DNA of 51,051 nt from Flavobacterium sp. (GCA_035425765.1 DAOLYL010000001.1:1-51051); one strand, 5' to 3'; shown: positions 30,108-40,242, counted from the first letter of the stretch. Notes: generated by a model not told the origin, from the sequence alone. Program-made: numbers and translations.

Positions 30108-31367
30108 ATGAAAATTTTAATCATTTCCGAGTCAATAAATGTTGAAGATAGCAGTGCTTCCAAAGGAAGAGTTGCGCTAATCAATAATCTCAATAAAGCA
30201 GGATTTGATTTAAAAGTGTTGCATTATTCGCATAAAGAAATTCAACTCAAGAATATTGATTGTGAACTAATAAAAGAAAATAGATTTTCATTATTATTCT
30301 TCCTTTCTAGAACCGTTAGAATTTTACAGCGAATTACCAAGATTTATTTTAATTCAAAATTAGAAAAGTTCTTTGGGTTTTCATTTACCCATACCAACGA
30401 TACAAATTCAATTGCTAAAGCGATAAATAAAAATCAAAATTTTAATCCAGATTTGATTTTTACACTAAGTAAAGGAGGAAGTTTTAGACCACATAGAGCA
30501 ATGCTAAAATTACCTGAATTGCAATCAAAATGGATGGCATATATCCATGATCCATATCCATTTCATGTTTATCCAAGACCATATAATTTTGTAGAAGAAA
30601 GTTATAAATCCAAAGAAAAATTCATGCTTTCAATCACTCAAAAAGCCAAAATTTTATCCTTTCCAAGTTTATTATTAAAAGAATGGATGCAAAGTTATTT
30701 TCCAGATGTTACAGATAAAAGCGTAATAATTCCACATCAAATAAAAGTTGATGATGAACTGCAACCACTTCCTGATTTTTTTCAAAAAGAACAATTTTCG
30801 TTACTTCATGCTGGGAATCTTTTAAAACAAAGAAATCCAGCATTCTTGATTGAAGCTTTTTTAAATTTTTTAGAAAAAAATCCATCTTCTAAAACCGAAG
30901 CCAAACTCTATTTTATTGGAAATTATAATGAACACGCAGCACTTTTAGAAAGGTATAAAAACCATCCTAATGTTGTTATTAATGGTTATGTTGAATATAA
31001 AATTATTCAGACCATTGAAAAAGAAGCTGCTGTCAATATAATTCTTGAAGCTATTTCTGAAATAAGCCCTTTTTTACCAGGAAAATTTCCAAATTGTATC
31101 AAATCTAATAAGCCAATGCTACTCGTTGGACCTTATTATAGTGAAGTTAGAAGATTGTTAGGAAAAGAATATCCATATTGGTCTGAAGCAAACGATAGTA
31201 AAACAATTGAAGAAAACATAACAAAGTTATATCAACTTTGGAAAAATAATCCAAACGAGTTTAAACTGAATAGAAACGATTTAGGAAATTATTGTGATGA
31301 AGTGTCGCTAAAAAAGGTTTTCGACGTTTCAGTAAAAAATTTATTGACTACTAATTTGAAACAATAA
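30108..31367 (+). CDS. Putative GT-B glycosyltransferase
   Basis: HDPYP, LLHAGNL..QRNP, LPGK; size and context fit a GT4-like fold. Confidence 0.65.
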   Translation: MKILIISESINVEDSSASKGRVALINNLNKAGFDLKVLHYSHKEIQLKNIDCELIKENRFSLLFFLSRTVRILQRITKIYFNSKLEKFFGFSFTHTNDTNSIAKAINKNQNFNPDLIFTLSKGGSFRPHRAMLKLPELQSKWMAYIHDPYPFHVYPRPYNFVEESYKSKEKFMLSITQKAKILSFPSLLLKEWMQSYFPDVTDKSVIIPHQIKVDDELQPLPDFFQKEQFSLLHAGNLLKQRNPAFLIEAFLNFLEKNPSSKTEAKLYFIGNYNEHAALLERYKNHPNVVINGYVEYKIIQTIEKEAAVNIILEAISEISPFLPGKFPNCIKSNKPMLLVGPYYSEVRRLLGKEYPYWSEANDSKTIEENITKLYQLWKNNPNEFKLNRNDLGNYCDEVSLKKVFDVSVKNLLTTNLKQ

Positions 31368-31423
31368 TTTATTTCAATCCAGAAAAATAGTTACTTTTAC
31401 TACCATATCAATTAGTTTTTTGA

Positions 31424-32431
31424 ATGAAAAACAAACCCTATTTAATTGCCGAAATTGCTCAAGCTCACGACGGAAGTCTGGGAATTCTCCATTCCTATAT
31501 TGATGCTGTTGCAAAAACAGGTGTGCAAGCTATTAAATTTCAAATGCACATTGCTGAAGCCGAGAGCAGTATTCATGAACCATTTCGAATAAAATTTTCA
31601 AAAGAAGATGCTACTCGTTTTGATTATTGGAAACGAATGGAATTTACACTTGAACAATGGAAGGAAATTAAAAGCCATTGTGATGAAGTAGGTTTGGATT
31701 TTATTTGTTCTCCTTTCAGTAATTTAGCAGTAGATTGGTTAGAAGAAGTTGGAATTAAAACATATAAAGTTGGTTCGGGCGAAGTAAATAATTTTCTTCT
31801 TTTGGAAAAGATTTGTCAAACAGGAAAACCAATCATTATCTCATCTGGAATGAGTAGTTTTGATGAATTAGACCAAACAGTTGAGTTTCTTAGAAGTAAA
31901 AAGGCAATATTTTCGATACTTCAATGTACAACAGCTTATCCAACAAAACCTGAACAATATGGTTTGAATGTTATTTCTGAATTAAAAAAACGATATGATG
32001 TTCCAATCGGATTTTCTGATCATTCCGCAAAAGTTGCCACAGGAATTGCTGCCGTAACTCTTGGAGCTGAAATCTTAGAATTCCACGTAGTATTTCATCG
32101 TCAATTGTTTGGACCAGATGCTGTTGCTTCATTAACAATAGAAGAAACAAAGCAGTTGGTTGATGATGTTGCTGCTATTTATTTAGCTCAAAATCATGTG
32201 ATAAGCAAAGATACTAATGAACAATTCAAAGAATTGAAAGCCATTTTTGAAAAGTCATTGGCAATAAATAAAAATTTACCAAAAGGACATAGTATAACTT
32301 TTGACGATTTAGAAAGTAAAAAACCCAAAGGATTTGGAATTCCTGCTTCCGATTTTCAAAAAGTAATTGGAGCCAAACTAAAAAACGATAAATCCCAATG
32401 GGATTTTTTGAATGAAGAAGATTTAGCATGA
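31424..32431 (+). CDS. neuB: N-acetylneuraminate/nonulosonate synthase
   Basis: IAEIAQAHDG, IKFQ, KVGSGE, LQCTTAYPT, GFSDHS, EFH, C-terminal SAF/AFP-like domain (KKPKG.GI). Confidence 0.92.
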   Translation: MKNKPYLIAEIAQAHDGSLGILHSYIDAVAKTGVQAIKFQMHIAEAESSIHEPFRIKFSKEDATRFDYWKRMEFTLEQWKEIKSHCDEVGLDFICSPFSNLAVDWLEEVGIKTYKVGSGEVNNFLLLEKICQTGKPIIISSGMSSFDELDQTVEFLRSKKAIFSILQCTTAYPTKPEQYGLNVISELKKRYDVPIGFSDHSAKVATGIAAVTLGAEILEFHVVFHRQLFGPDAVASLTIEETKQLVDDVAAIYLAQNHVISKDTNEQFKELKAIFEKSLAINKNLPKGHSITFDDLESKKPKGFGIPASDFQKVIGAKLKNDKSQWDFLNEEDLA

Positions 32432-33588
32432 GCGAAAAAAGAAAAATAGCTGTAGTAATCACAGCAAGACCATCATATAGTCGAGTAAAAACTGTTTTAA
32501 TGGCTATAAAAAAGCATCCCGAATTGCAGTTACAGCTTATTGTTGCTGCATCTGCATTACTAGATAGATATGGAAGTGCTGTGAATTACATTGAAAAAGA
32601 TGGGTTTGAAGTTGCTGCCAAAGTTTTTAATGTGCTTGAAGGCGAAAATCTTACGGCTGCAGCCAAAACCACTGGTATCGGAATTCTAGAATTATCGACT
32701 GTTTTTGATAATTTAAAACCAGATATTGTGGTGACTGTTGCTGACCGATTTGAAACTATGGCAACAGCAATTTCAGCTTCTTATATGAATATTCCTTTAG
32801 CACATATTCAAGGCGGAGAAGTTACAGGAAATATTGATGAAAAAGTTAGACATTCAATTACTAAATTAGCTGATTATCATTTTGTTGCTTCAGAAAACGC
32901 AAAGAATAGAGTAATTCAATTAGGAGAAAATCCAGAAATGGTTTTCAATACCGGTTGTCCATCAATTGATATCGCAGAAGAAGTTGCAAAAAGCACACAA
33001 CTAACTTTCAATCCTTATGAAAAGTATGGTGGTGTTGGTTCTCAACCTGATTTAAATAATGGTTATATAGTTGTAATGCAACATCCAGTCACAAATGAAT
33101 ATCAGGATTCTAGAAAGCATATTGAAGCGACACTTCGTGCTATTCAAAAAATAAATAGACCAACGCTTTGGTTTTGGCCAAATGTCGATGCTGGAGCCGA
33201 TGGAACTTCCTCTGGAATTCGTTCTTTTCGTGAAAAATATAAAATGGGAAATGTACATTTTTTCAAAAACATGGAAGGTGACGATTTCTTGAATTTATTA
33301 AATCATTCGTTGTGTTTGATAGGAAATTCAAGTGTTGGAATACGTGAATGTGCTTATCTTGGAGTACCAACAATTAATATTGGTTCACGACAAAATCGTC
33401 GAGATAGGGGAAATAATGTAGTTGATGTTAGCTATAATGAAGAAGAGATTGTCAAAGCAATTGAAACTGTTCTGTTAAAAAATGACAGAGAAAAATCAAC
33501 CGTTTATGGTGGTGGAAATGCTGGTGAAAAGATTGCAGAATTATTAAAAGAATTACCATTACAGTTTCATAAAACCATAACTTATTAA
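32428..33588 (+). CDS. neuC: Hydrolysing UDP-GlcNAc 2-epimerase
   Basis: TARPSY, ADRFE, AHIQGGEVTGNIDEKVRHSITKLA, WPNVDAG, GNSSVG, IGSRQ. Confidence 0.92.
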   Translation: MSEKRKIAVVITARPSYSRVKTVLMAIKKHPELQLQLIVAASALLDRYGSAVNYIEKDGFEVAAKVFNVLEGENLTAAAKTTGIGILELSTVFDNLKPDIVVTVADRFETMATAISASYMNIPLAHIQGGEVTGNIDEKVRHSITKLADYHFVASENAKNRVIQLGENPEMVFNTGCPSIDIAEEVAKSTQLTFNPYEKYGGVGSQPDLNNGYIVVMQHPVTNEYQDSRKHIEATLRAIQKINRPTLWFWPNVDAGADGTSSGIRSFREKYKMGNVHFFKNMEGDDFLNLLNHSLCLIGNSSVGIRECAYLGVPTINIGSRQNRRDRGNNVVDVSYNEEEIVKAIETVLLKNDREKSTVYGGGNAGEKIAELLKELPLQFHKTITY

Positions 33589-34286
33589 TGAGAGTTTTAG
33601 CAATAATTCCTGCGCGTGGAGGTTCAAAAGGTGTTCCAAAGAAAAATATAAAACTTCTTGGGGAAAAGCCATTGATTGTTCATGCTATTGATTGCGCCAA
33701 AAACTCTAGTAAAGTAACCAAAGTAGTTGTTTCCTCAGATTCTGATGAAATCATTCAAATAGCAATCCAAAATGATTGTCAAGTAATTAAAAGACCAACA
33801 GAATTAGCGGATGATAACAGTAATGTAGTTACAGCTGTTGAACATGTCTATAACCAACTTAACGAAGAGTTTGATATTATTGTTTTGCTTCAACCAACAT
33901 CTCCATTACGAACATCAAATGATTTAAATGCTATCATTTCGATGTTTGAAAAAGAAACCGATTTAGATGGTGTGATAAGCGTTGTTCCTTTTGATGATTA
34001 TCATCCTGCACGAATGTATAGTTTAGATAAAAATTTAGAAATGATTCCACTTCAAAAAGATGGAGAAACAACCAGGCGACAAGATTTAAAACCTGTTTAT
34101 TATCGAAATGGTTGTTTTTATGCCGTTAGAACCAATGCTTTTTTTACAGAGAAATCTTTTATGGTTAAAAATAAAAAAGGATATGTAATGGATGCTAATT
34201 GGCTTTTAAATATTGATACCCAAAGAGATTTTAAAATAGCAACTTTGCTTTATGATGACTGGAAAAATGAAATTGTTAATCACTGA
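33588..34286 (+). CDS. neuA: Acylneuraminate cytidylyltransferase (CMP-NulO synthetase)
   Basis: IPARGGSKGVPKKN, LQPTSPLR, RRQDL, NG..Y, IDT..DF. Confidence 0.92.
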   Translation: MRVLAIIPARGGSKGVPKKNIKLLGEKPLIVHAIDCAKNSSKVTKVVVSSDSDEIIQIAIQNDCQVIKRPTELADDNSNVVTAVEHVYNQLNEEFDIIVLLQPTSPLRTSNDLNAIISMFEKETDLDGVISVVPFDDYHPARMYSLDKNLEMIPLQKDGETTRRQDLKPVYYRNGCFYAVRTNAFFTEKSFMVKNKKGYVMDANWLLNIDTQRDFKIATLLYDDWKNEIVNH

Positions 34287-35208
34287 ATCTGAAAATTTTA
34301 GTGAAAATGCTATTCTTGAACTCAAAAAGCATTTTGAGGTTGAAGTAGCAAACCTATTTTCAGAAGAAGAGCTTGTTGAAAAAATTCAAACGGTAGATGT
34401 ACTTTTTATTCGTTTGAGATTCAAATTATCTAAAGAAATTTTAAGCCAAACTAGTTCATTAAAATATATTTTAACTGCAACAACTGGTCTAGATCATATA
34501 AATGTTGATTATTTTCAAGAAAATGGAGGAACAGTAATTTCCCTAAAAGGAGAAGCCGATTTTTTAGGTACAATACCTTCAACGGCAGAACATACTTGGG
34601 CTTTGTTATTAGCTTTAATGAAAAAAATTCCAAATGCTTTCGCAGATGTTAAATCAGGAAACTGGAATAGAGATAATTTTAAAGGGAATAATTTAAAAGA
34701 CAAAAAAATTGGAATTCTTGGTTTAGGAAGAGTAGGTAGGCAAGTGGCAAAATTTGCAGAAGCTTTTCAAATGGAAGTTCGCTATTTTGATGTTCAACCA
34801 ATAGAATCGCATTTTGAAAAGTTTAATACTCCAAATGATTTATTTGCTTGGTCAGATATAATTTCGATACACATTCCTTATACTGTTGAAAATGAAAAGT
34901 ATATTGATAAAGAGTTATTAAATAATTGTAAATCAAGTGCAATTTTAATAAATACTTCTCGTGGAAAAATTTGGGATGAAACTGTAGTAGCTGAGTTTTT
35001 GAAAGAAAATAAAATAAAAGCAATTGCAACTGATGTACTTTTTGATGAGTATAATGATTCAGTGTCCAAAAATCCGTTGGTTCAATTGGCGAATTTAAAT
35101 TATGATATAATTATCACACCACATATTGCTGGAGCAACTTTCGAATCAATGACGATGACGGAAGATTTTATTGTAACGAAGTTTTTAAATACTTTAAAAT
35201 CCAATTAA
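34267..35208 (+). CDS. D-isomer-specific 2-hydroxyacid dehydrogenase (SerA-like catalytic core); alternative start at 34252
   Basis: TTGLDHI, TAEH, GLGRVG, INTSRG, TDV, TPHIAGAT. Confidence 0.88.
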   Translation: MKLLITESENFSENAILELKKHFEVEVANLFSEEELVEKIQTVDVLFIRLRFKLSKEILSQTSSLKYILTATTGLDHINVDYFQENGGTVISLKGEADFLGTIPSTAEHTWALLLALMKKIPNAFADVKSGNWNRDNFKGNNLKDKKIGILGLGRVGRQVAKFAEAFQMEVRYFDVQPIESHFEKFNTPNDLFAWSDIISIHIPYTVENEKYIDKELLNNCKSSAILINTSRGKIWDETVVAEFLKENKIKAIATDVLFDEYNDSVSKNPLVQLANLNYDIIITPHIAGATFESMTMTEDFIVTKFLNTLKSN

Positions 35209-36645
35209 ATGCTTTTTAATTCCATTTCTTATTTAATTTTTCTACCAATAGTTTTTGCAATTTATTGGATGTTAAATTCTAGAAACTTAAAATGGCAAAA
35301 TTTATTTTTGCTAACTGCTAGTTACTTTTTTTATGCTTGTTGGGATTGGAGATTTCTGTTTTTATTGATGTTTTCTACAGGTTTAGATTATTTCACAGGA
35401 ATAAAAATGTTTGAAGCAAAGAGTGTTAAACTAAAGAAGTTTTGGTTTTTTGCTAGTATTTTTATCAATGTTGGATTTTTAGGTGTTTTTAAATATTATA
35501 ATTTTTTCATAGAATCGTTTGAAGATTTGCTAACTAATTTTGGTGTTACGTCACATTTTTGGACACTCAAAATTATTCTACCAGTTGGAATTTCATTTTA
35601 TACATTTCACGGTTTGTCTTACGTTATTGATATTTACTACAATAGAATAAAACCTGAAAAAAACATAGTTGACTATTCATTGTTTGTTAGTTATTTTCCA
35701 TTATTAGTTGCCGGACCAATTGAAAGAGCAACCCATCTTTTGCCTCAAATTAAGAAAAAAAGAGTTTTTAATTATGAAAATGCAATGGAAGGTTTTTATC
35801 AAATTCTTTGGGGTTTGTTTAAGAAACTAGTCATTGCCGATAGCTGCGCGGTTTATGCAAATGAAATTTTTGATAATCATCAAAGTATGAATTCTATTTC
35901 ATTACTACTTGGAGCAGTCTATTTTTCATTCCAAATTTATGGAGATTTTAGTGGCTATTCTGATATTGCATTGGGAACATCCAAACTCTTTGGAATTGAT
36001 TTACTTCGAAACTTTAATTATCCCTATTTTTCAAGAGATATAGCAGAGTTTTGGCGACGATGGCACATATCATTATCTACTTGGTTTAGAGATTATTTAT
36101 ACATTCCGTTGGGTGGAAGCAAAGGTGGAATGACAACCAAAATTAGAAATACTTTTATCATTTTTTTAGTTAGTGGTTTTTGGCATGGAGCGAATTGGAC
36201 ATTTATAATTTGGGGATTGTTGAATGCTATGTTTTTTCTTCCATTATTAATTACAAACAATAATAGAAATAATATATCTATTGTTGCAGAAGGAAAAATG
36301 TTTCCAACAATCAAAGAGTTTTTCAGCATATTATTGACCTTTACAATAACAACCTTTGCGTGGATATTTTTTAGGTCAAACACCGTTAGTCAAGCTATTG
36401 AGTTCATAAAGAATATTTTTAAATTCGATTTCAAAGGAGGTTTTCAATACTTAACTTTTGATAGATATACTATTGAATTAGTTTTTCTTTTATTTCTTTT
36501 TCTTTTCATAGAATGGATTTCAAGAGAAAGAGTTCATCCAGTTTTTGGTAAATTCAAATCGTTAAAAGTAATCGCCATAATAACCATGATTTTAATTTTT
36601 GGAGTTTTCTCAGAAGCTAAAGAGTTTATATATTTTCAATTTTAA
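35209..36645 (+). CDS. MBOAT family O-acyltransferase, copy 2
   Basis: Same motifs as copy 1, including SGFWHGANWT and the terminal FIYFQF. Confidence 0.92.
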   Translation: MLFNSISYLIFLPIVFAIYWMLNSRNLKWQNLFLLTASYFFYACWDWRFLFLLMFSTGLDYFTGIKMFEAKSVKLKKFWFFASIFINVGFLGVFKYYNFFIESFEDLLTNFGVTSHFWTLKIILPVGISFYTFHGLSYVIDIYYNRIKPEKNIVDYSLFVSYFPLLVAGPIERATHLLPQIKKKRVFNYENAMEGFYQILWGLFKKLVIADSCAVYANEIFDNHQSMNSISLLLGAVYFSFQIYGDFSGYSDIALGTSKLFGIDLLRNFNYPYFSRDIAEFWRRWHISLSTWFRDYLYIPLGGSKGGMTTKIRNTFIIFLVSGFWHGANWTFIIWGLLNAMFFLPLLITNNNRNNISIVAEGKMFPTIKEFFSILLTFTITTFAWIFFRSNTVSQAIEFIKNIFKFDFKGGFQYLTFDRYTIELVFLLFLFLFIEWISRERVHPVFGKFKSLKVIAIITMILIFGVFSEAKEFIYFQF

Positions 36646-37541
36646 TGAAGAAATTTATAGTAACCATATTGTCCTATTTGATAGCAACATTTTTAATAAT
36701 GTTTGCTCTTGATTTTGGCTATACTAAAGTGTATGAAAATGCTAAACCAAGAACAAAGTTTCAATATTTAAGGTCGCTGAAAAACAAACAATTCGATTAC
36801 ATTTTCCTAGGTTCTTCACGAGTTGAAAATGGAATTATTCCAGCAATTATCAAAGAAAAAACAGGAAAGGAAACACTCAATTTAGGTTTTCAAGCATCAA
36901 AACTGAATGACATTTATACAGTTTTACAACTTCTGAAAGAGTATAATATTCAAGGAAAAAGAATTTTTATTCAAATTGACTACATCTATAATTTAAAAGG
37001 GAATTCCAAAATACTTCAATACCAAATGATACCTTTTATCAATGAAAATGAAGTGTTAAATAAACATTTTAAAAATAATTCTAAGGATTATTTAGGATAC
37101 AATTATGTTCCATTTTATAGATATAGTCGTAATGATTTAAAACTAAATTTTAGAGAAATATTACTTAGTGTTGCTAAGAAAAAAACAAACGCGATGCAAG
37201 GTGATGGTTATGCACCAAAATATGGAACATCAGAAAACCATAGATTAACACTTCCTAAAGAATTAGATAAAGAAAATATAGTATTTGATTCAATTATTAA
37301 ATACATTGAAAAAAATAAAATAAATGCCACTTTCTATTGTGCACCTTTCTGTTATCACGGAAAAAATATGGAATTCACTACCAAACTCAAAAATAAAGTT
37401 CCAAACTTTTATGATTTTTCTAGAGCTGTTCCTGATGAGAGATTATTTCAAAATTCAAGTCACCTTAATCATGAAGGAGCAATATATTTTACTGATATTT
37501 TTATTAATCAAGTACTTTTGAAAAAGAAAAATACAGAGTAA
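36645..37541 (+). CDS. SGNH-like periplasmic partner of MBOAT copy 2
   Basis: N-terminal TM segment, FLGSSR, LNLG, FQNSSHLN..GA; TAATG overlap with the MBOAT stop. Confidence 0.65.
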   Translation: MKKFIVTILSYLIATFLIMFALDFGYTKVYENAKPRTKFQYLRSLKNKQFDYIFLGSSRVENGIIPAIIKEKTGKETLNLGFQASKLNDIYTVLQLLKEYNIQGKRIFIQIDYIYNLKGNSKILQYQMIPFINENEVLNKHFKNNSKDYLGYNYVPFYRYSRNDLKLNFREILLSVAKKKTNAMQGDGYAPKYGTSENHRLTLPKELDKENIVFDSIIKYIEKNKINATFYCAPFCYHGKNMEFTTKLKNKVPNFYDFSRAVPDERLFQNSSHLNHEGAIYFTDIFINQVLLKKKNTE

Positions 37542-37638
37542 TAACATTTTTTTGAAAATCTATCTACTTTTATTTTTCATATTGATTTTTTAGTTCCTTT
37601 AAAAATCAAGATATTTGGTGTCAAATTGAAAATTATAA

Positions 37639-39036
37639 ATGGCATCAAAAAAAATATTCATATTGCTACCAGATGGAATTGGGCTAAGAAATTTTGCTTA
37701 CACCAATTTTCATACAATTGGTTTAGAAAAAGGTTTTGATATTACTTTTTGGAATAATACACCATTCAATATAAGCGAATTAGGATATAAAGAAATAAAA
37801 ATTAATAATCCTAAAAACCATCCTTTTACAGAAATATATAAAAACGCTCGAAAGCAAATTGAGTTAAATTTATTTATAAAAAGATTTAATGATACGACTT
37901 ATAATAGTTATCGCTTTCCATTTTCAACAAAAACTACAAGACAAAAAATAAAAACTTTTTTAACTAAAAGAATAATTTCAAAATATAATTCAGAAGCAAG
38001 AATTAAAATTATTTTAAAAAAAATTACAGATTTAGAGAAAAAAACGAACTATTTTGACGATTGTTTAAAAACACTCCAAAAAGAGAAACCTGACTTTATT
38101 TTTTGTACCAACCAAAGACCAATGTCTGCAATTGCACCGATTGAAGCAGCAAAACAATTAGGAATTCCAACAGCTACTTTTATTTTTTCTTGGGATAATC
38201 TTCCAAAAGCAACTTTGGTTATTGACACAGATTATTATTTGGTTTGGAGTGAATTTATGAAGAAGGAGTTGTTAAAATATTATCCAGATATTAATGAAAA
38301 ACAAATTGTTATAGTTGGAACACCTCAATTTGAAAATCATTTTGATTTAAGTTTAAAAGTTGAAAAAGAAGTTTTTTTCAAAAATAATAATCTAGATTTA
38401 GATAAAAAATATATTTGTTTTTCAGGTGATGATGTAACTACTTCTCCAAACGATCCTCAGTATTTAAAAGATACAGCACTTGCTGTTAGAAATCTTAATA
38501 AGAATGGATTTAATCTGGGAATAGTTTTCAGAAGATGTCCTGTTGATTTCTCAGATAGATTTGATAATGTTCTTGAGGATTATCAAGATGTTATTGTTCC
38601 GATAAATCCTCTTTGGAAAAAAATTGGAGAAGGATGGAATACAATTTTGCCAACACATGAAGATATGATACTGCAAACAAATACCATCGCACATACTGAA
38701 TTTGTTATAAATCTAGGTTCTTCGATGGTTTTTGATTATGTGTGTTATCAAAAACCATGTGTTTATGTAAATTATGATGTTCCTCAATCAGGTTCTTCAA
38801 ATTGGAGCGTAGAGAAAATTTATAAATACATTCATTTTCGTTCAATGCCAACTAATAATTCAGTGATTTGGTTTAATAATGCTAATGAAATAGAACAGAA
38901 AATTCAATCTGTTCTAGAAGGAAAAGTAACTACAGTAAATGAAGCAACAGCTTGGTTTGAAATTATAAATCAAAAGCCAGCTAACCATGCTTCCGAGAGA
39001 ATTTGGGATTTTATTAATACATTAACTGAAAAATGA
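37639..39036 (+). CDS. Putative GT-B transferase (candidate CMP-nonulosonate transferase)
   Basis: LPDGIGLRNF, IFSWDNLPK, VWSEFMK, GTPQF, FSGDD, RRCP, NLGSSM; resembles CMP/CDP-donor GT-B folds; follows the neu genes. Confidence 0.55.
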   Translation: MASKKIFILLPDGIGLRNFAYTNFHTIGLEKGFDITFWNNTPFNISELGYKEIKINNPKNHPFTEIYKNARKQIELNLFIKRFNDTTYNSYRFPFSTKTTRQKIKTFLTKRIISKYNSEARIKIILKKITDLEKKTNYFDDCLKTLQKEKPDFIFCTNQRPMSAIAPIEAAKQLGIPTATFIFSWDNLPKATLVIDTDYYLVWSEFMKKELLKYYPDINEKQIVIVGTPQFENHFDLSLKVEKEVFFKNNNLDLDKKYICFSGDDVTTSPNDPQYLKDTALAVRNLNKNGFNLGIVFRRCPVDFSDRFDNVLEDYQDVIVPINPLWKKIGEGWNTILPTHEDMILQTNTIAHTEFVINLGSSMVFDYVCYQKPCVYVNYDVPQSGSSNWSVEKIYKYIHFRSMPTNNSVIWFNNANEIEQKIQSVLEGKVTTVNEATAWFEIINQKPANHASERIWDFINTLTEK

Positions 39037-40181
39037 AAATAGGATTTTTAACACCCGAATTTCCACATCCAAAATTTGGACATTCTGGAGGAATTGGCAC
39101 AAGTATATTGAATTTAGCAAAAGGGCTAACCCAATTAGAAAACCAGGTTTCAATATTTGTTTATGGACAATCAAGAGATGAGGTGTTTGAAGAAAATGGA
39201 ATGACATTTTACAGTATTAAGAATGTAAAAATTAAAGGACTTTCATTATTATTAACTCAAATAAAAGTTCAAAGACTAGTAAACTCTTTAGTCGAAACAA
39301 ACCAATTAGATATATTAGAATCGCCAGATTGGACAGGATTTTCATCCAATACTAAAGTAAAATGTCCATTGGTGGTTAAGTTACATGGTTCAGATACTTA
39401 CTTTTGCTATTTAGATAAAAGACCTGTTAAATTTAAAAATAAATACAACGAAAAGAAAGCGCTGAAAACTGCAGATGCTATTGCTTCAGTTAGCGAATAT
39501 ACTGCTAATGTAACAAAAGATTTATTTAAATTAAATCGAAAAATTGAAGTCATTCCAAACAGTATTGATTTGCAGAAATTTTCTGCGATTGATAGTAATT
39601 CAGACCATATTATACTTTACTTTGGAACTCTAATTCGGAAAAAAGGACTTCTTGAATTGCCTTTGATTTTTAATGAAGTTTTTAAGCAAAATCAAAAAGC
39701 AAAATTAGTTCTTGTTGGAAAAGACACACCCGATTTGTTATCTGGAAATTATTCTACTTGGACTATCATGCAAAAATTATTTGACACTAAGGCGTTGGAA
39801 AATGTTACTTACTTAGGAAGTGTTTCTTATGATGAAATTAAAACACAAATTGGTAGTGCAACATTATGCGTTTTCCCTACATTTGCCGAAGCATTACCAG
39901 TATCTTGGATTGAAGCTATGGCTATGGAAAAACCTATAGTTGCTAGCGATATTGGTTGGGCAAAAGAAATTATTGATAATGGTAAAGACGGATATTTGGT
40001 TAACCCAAAATCGCACCATGAGTTTGCTGATAAAATAAACGAATTGTTACTAAACAGTGATTTACGTTTAAAGTTTGGCAAAGCATCAAGAGCTAAAGTT
40101 TTGCTTAAGTTTAGTTTAGAAGTTGTAGCCAATCAAAATGTTGTTTTTTATAGAAAAGTTATTTCAAATAGAAAAAGATAA
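39033..40181 (+). CDS. GT4 glycosyltransferase
   Basis: GGIGT, KLHGS, IPNSID, FGTLIRKKG, EALPVSWIEAMA. Confidence 0.9.
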   Translation: MKIGFLTPEFPHPKFGHSGGIGTSILNLAKGLTQLENQVSIFVYGQSRDEVFEENGMTFYSIKNVKIKGLSLLLTQIKVQRLVNSLVETNQLDILESPDWTGFSSNTKVKCPLVVKLHGSDTYFCYLDKRPVKFKNKYNEKKALKTADAIASVSEYTANVTKDLFKLNRKIEVIPNSIDLQKFSAIDSNSDHIILYFGTLIRKKGLLELPLIFNEVFKQNQKAKLVLVGKDTPDLLSGNYSTWTIMQKLFDTKALENVTYLGSVSYDEIKTQIGSATLCVFPTFAEALPVSWIEAMAMEKPIVASDIGWAKEIIDNGKDGYLVNPKSHHEFADKINELLLNSDLRLKFGKASRAKVLLKFSLEVVANQNVVFYRKVISNRKR

Positions 40182-40242
40182 ATAGGTTTAAAAATATTGA
40201 CTAAGAAATAACAATAATCGCCTTCAAACCCAATGAAATAAT

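Noticed and set aside
37582-37609. Hairpin TTGATTTTT / AAAAATCAA as a terminator
   Set aside because: The stem is almost entirely A/T and has no following U-tract, which is too weak to call.
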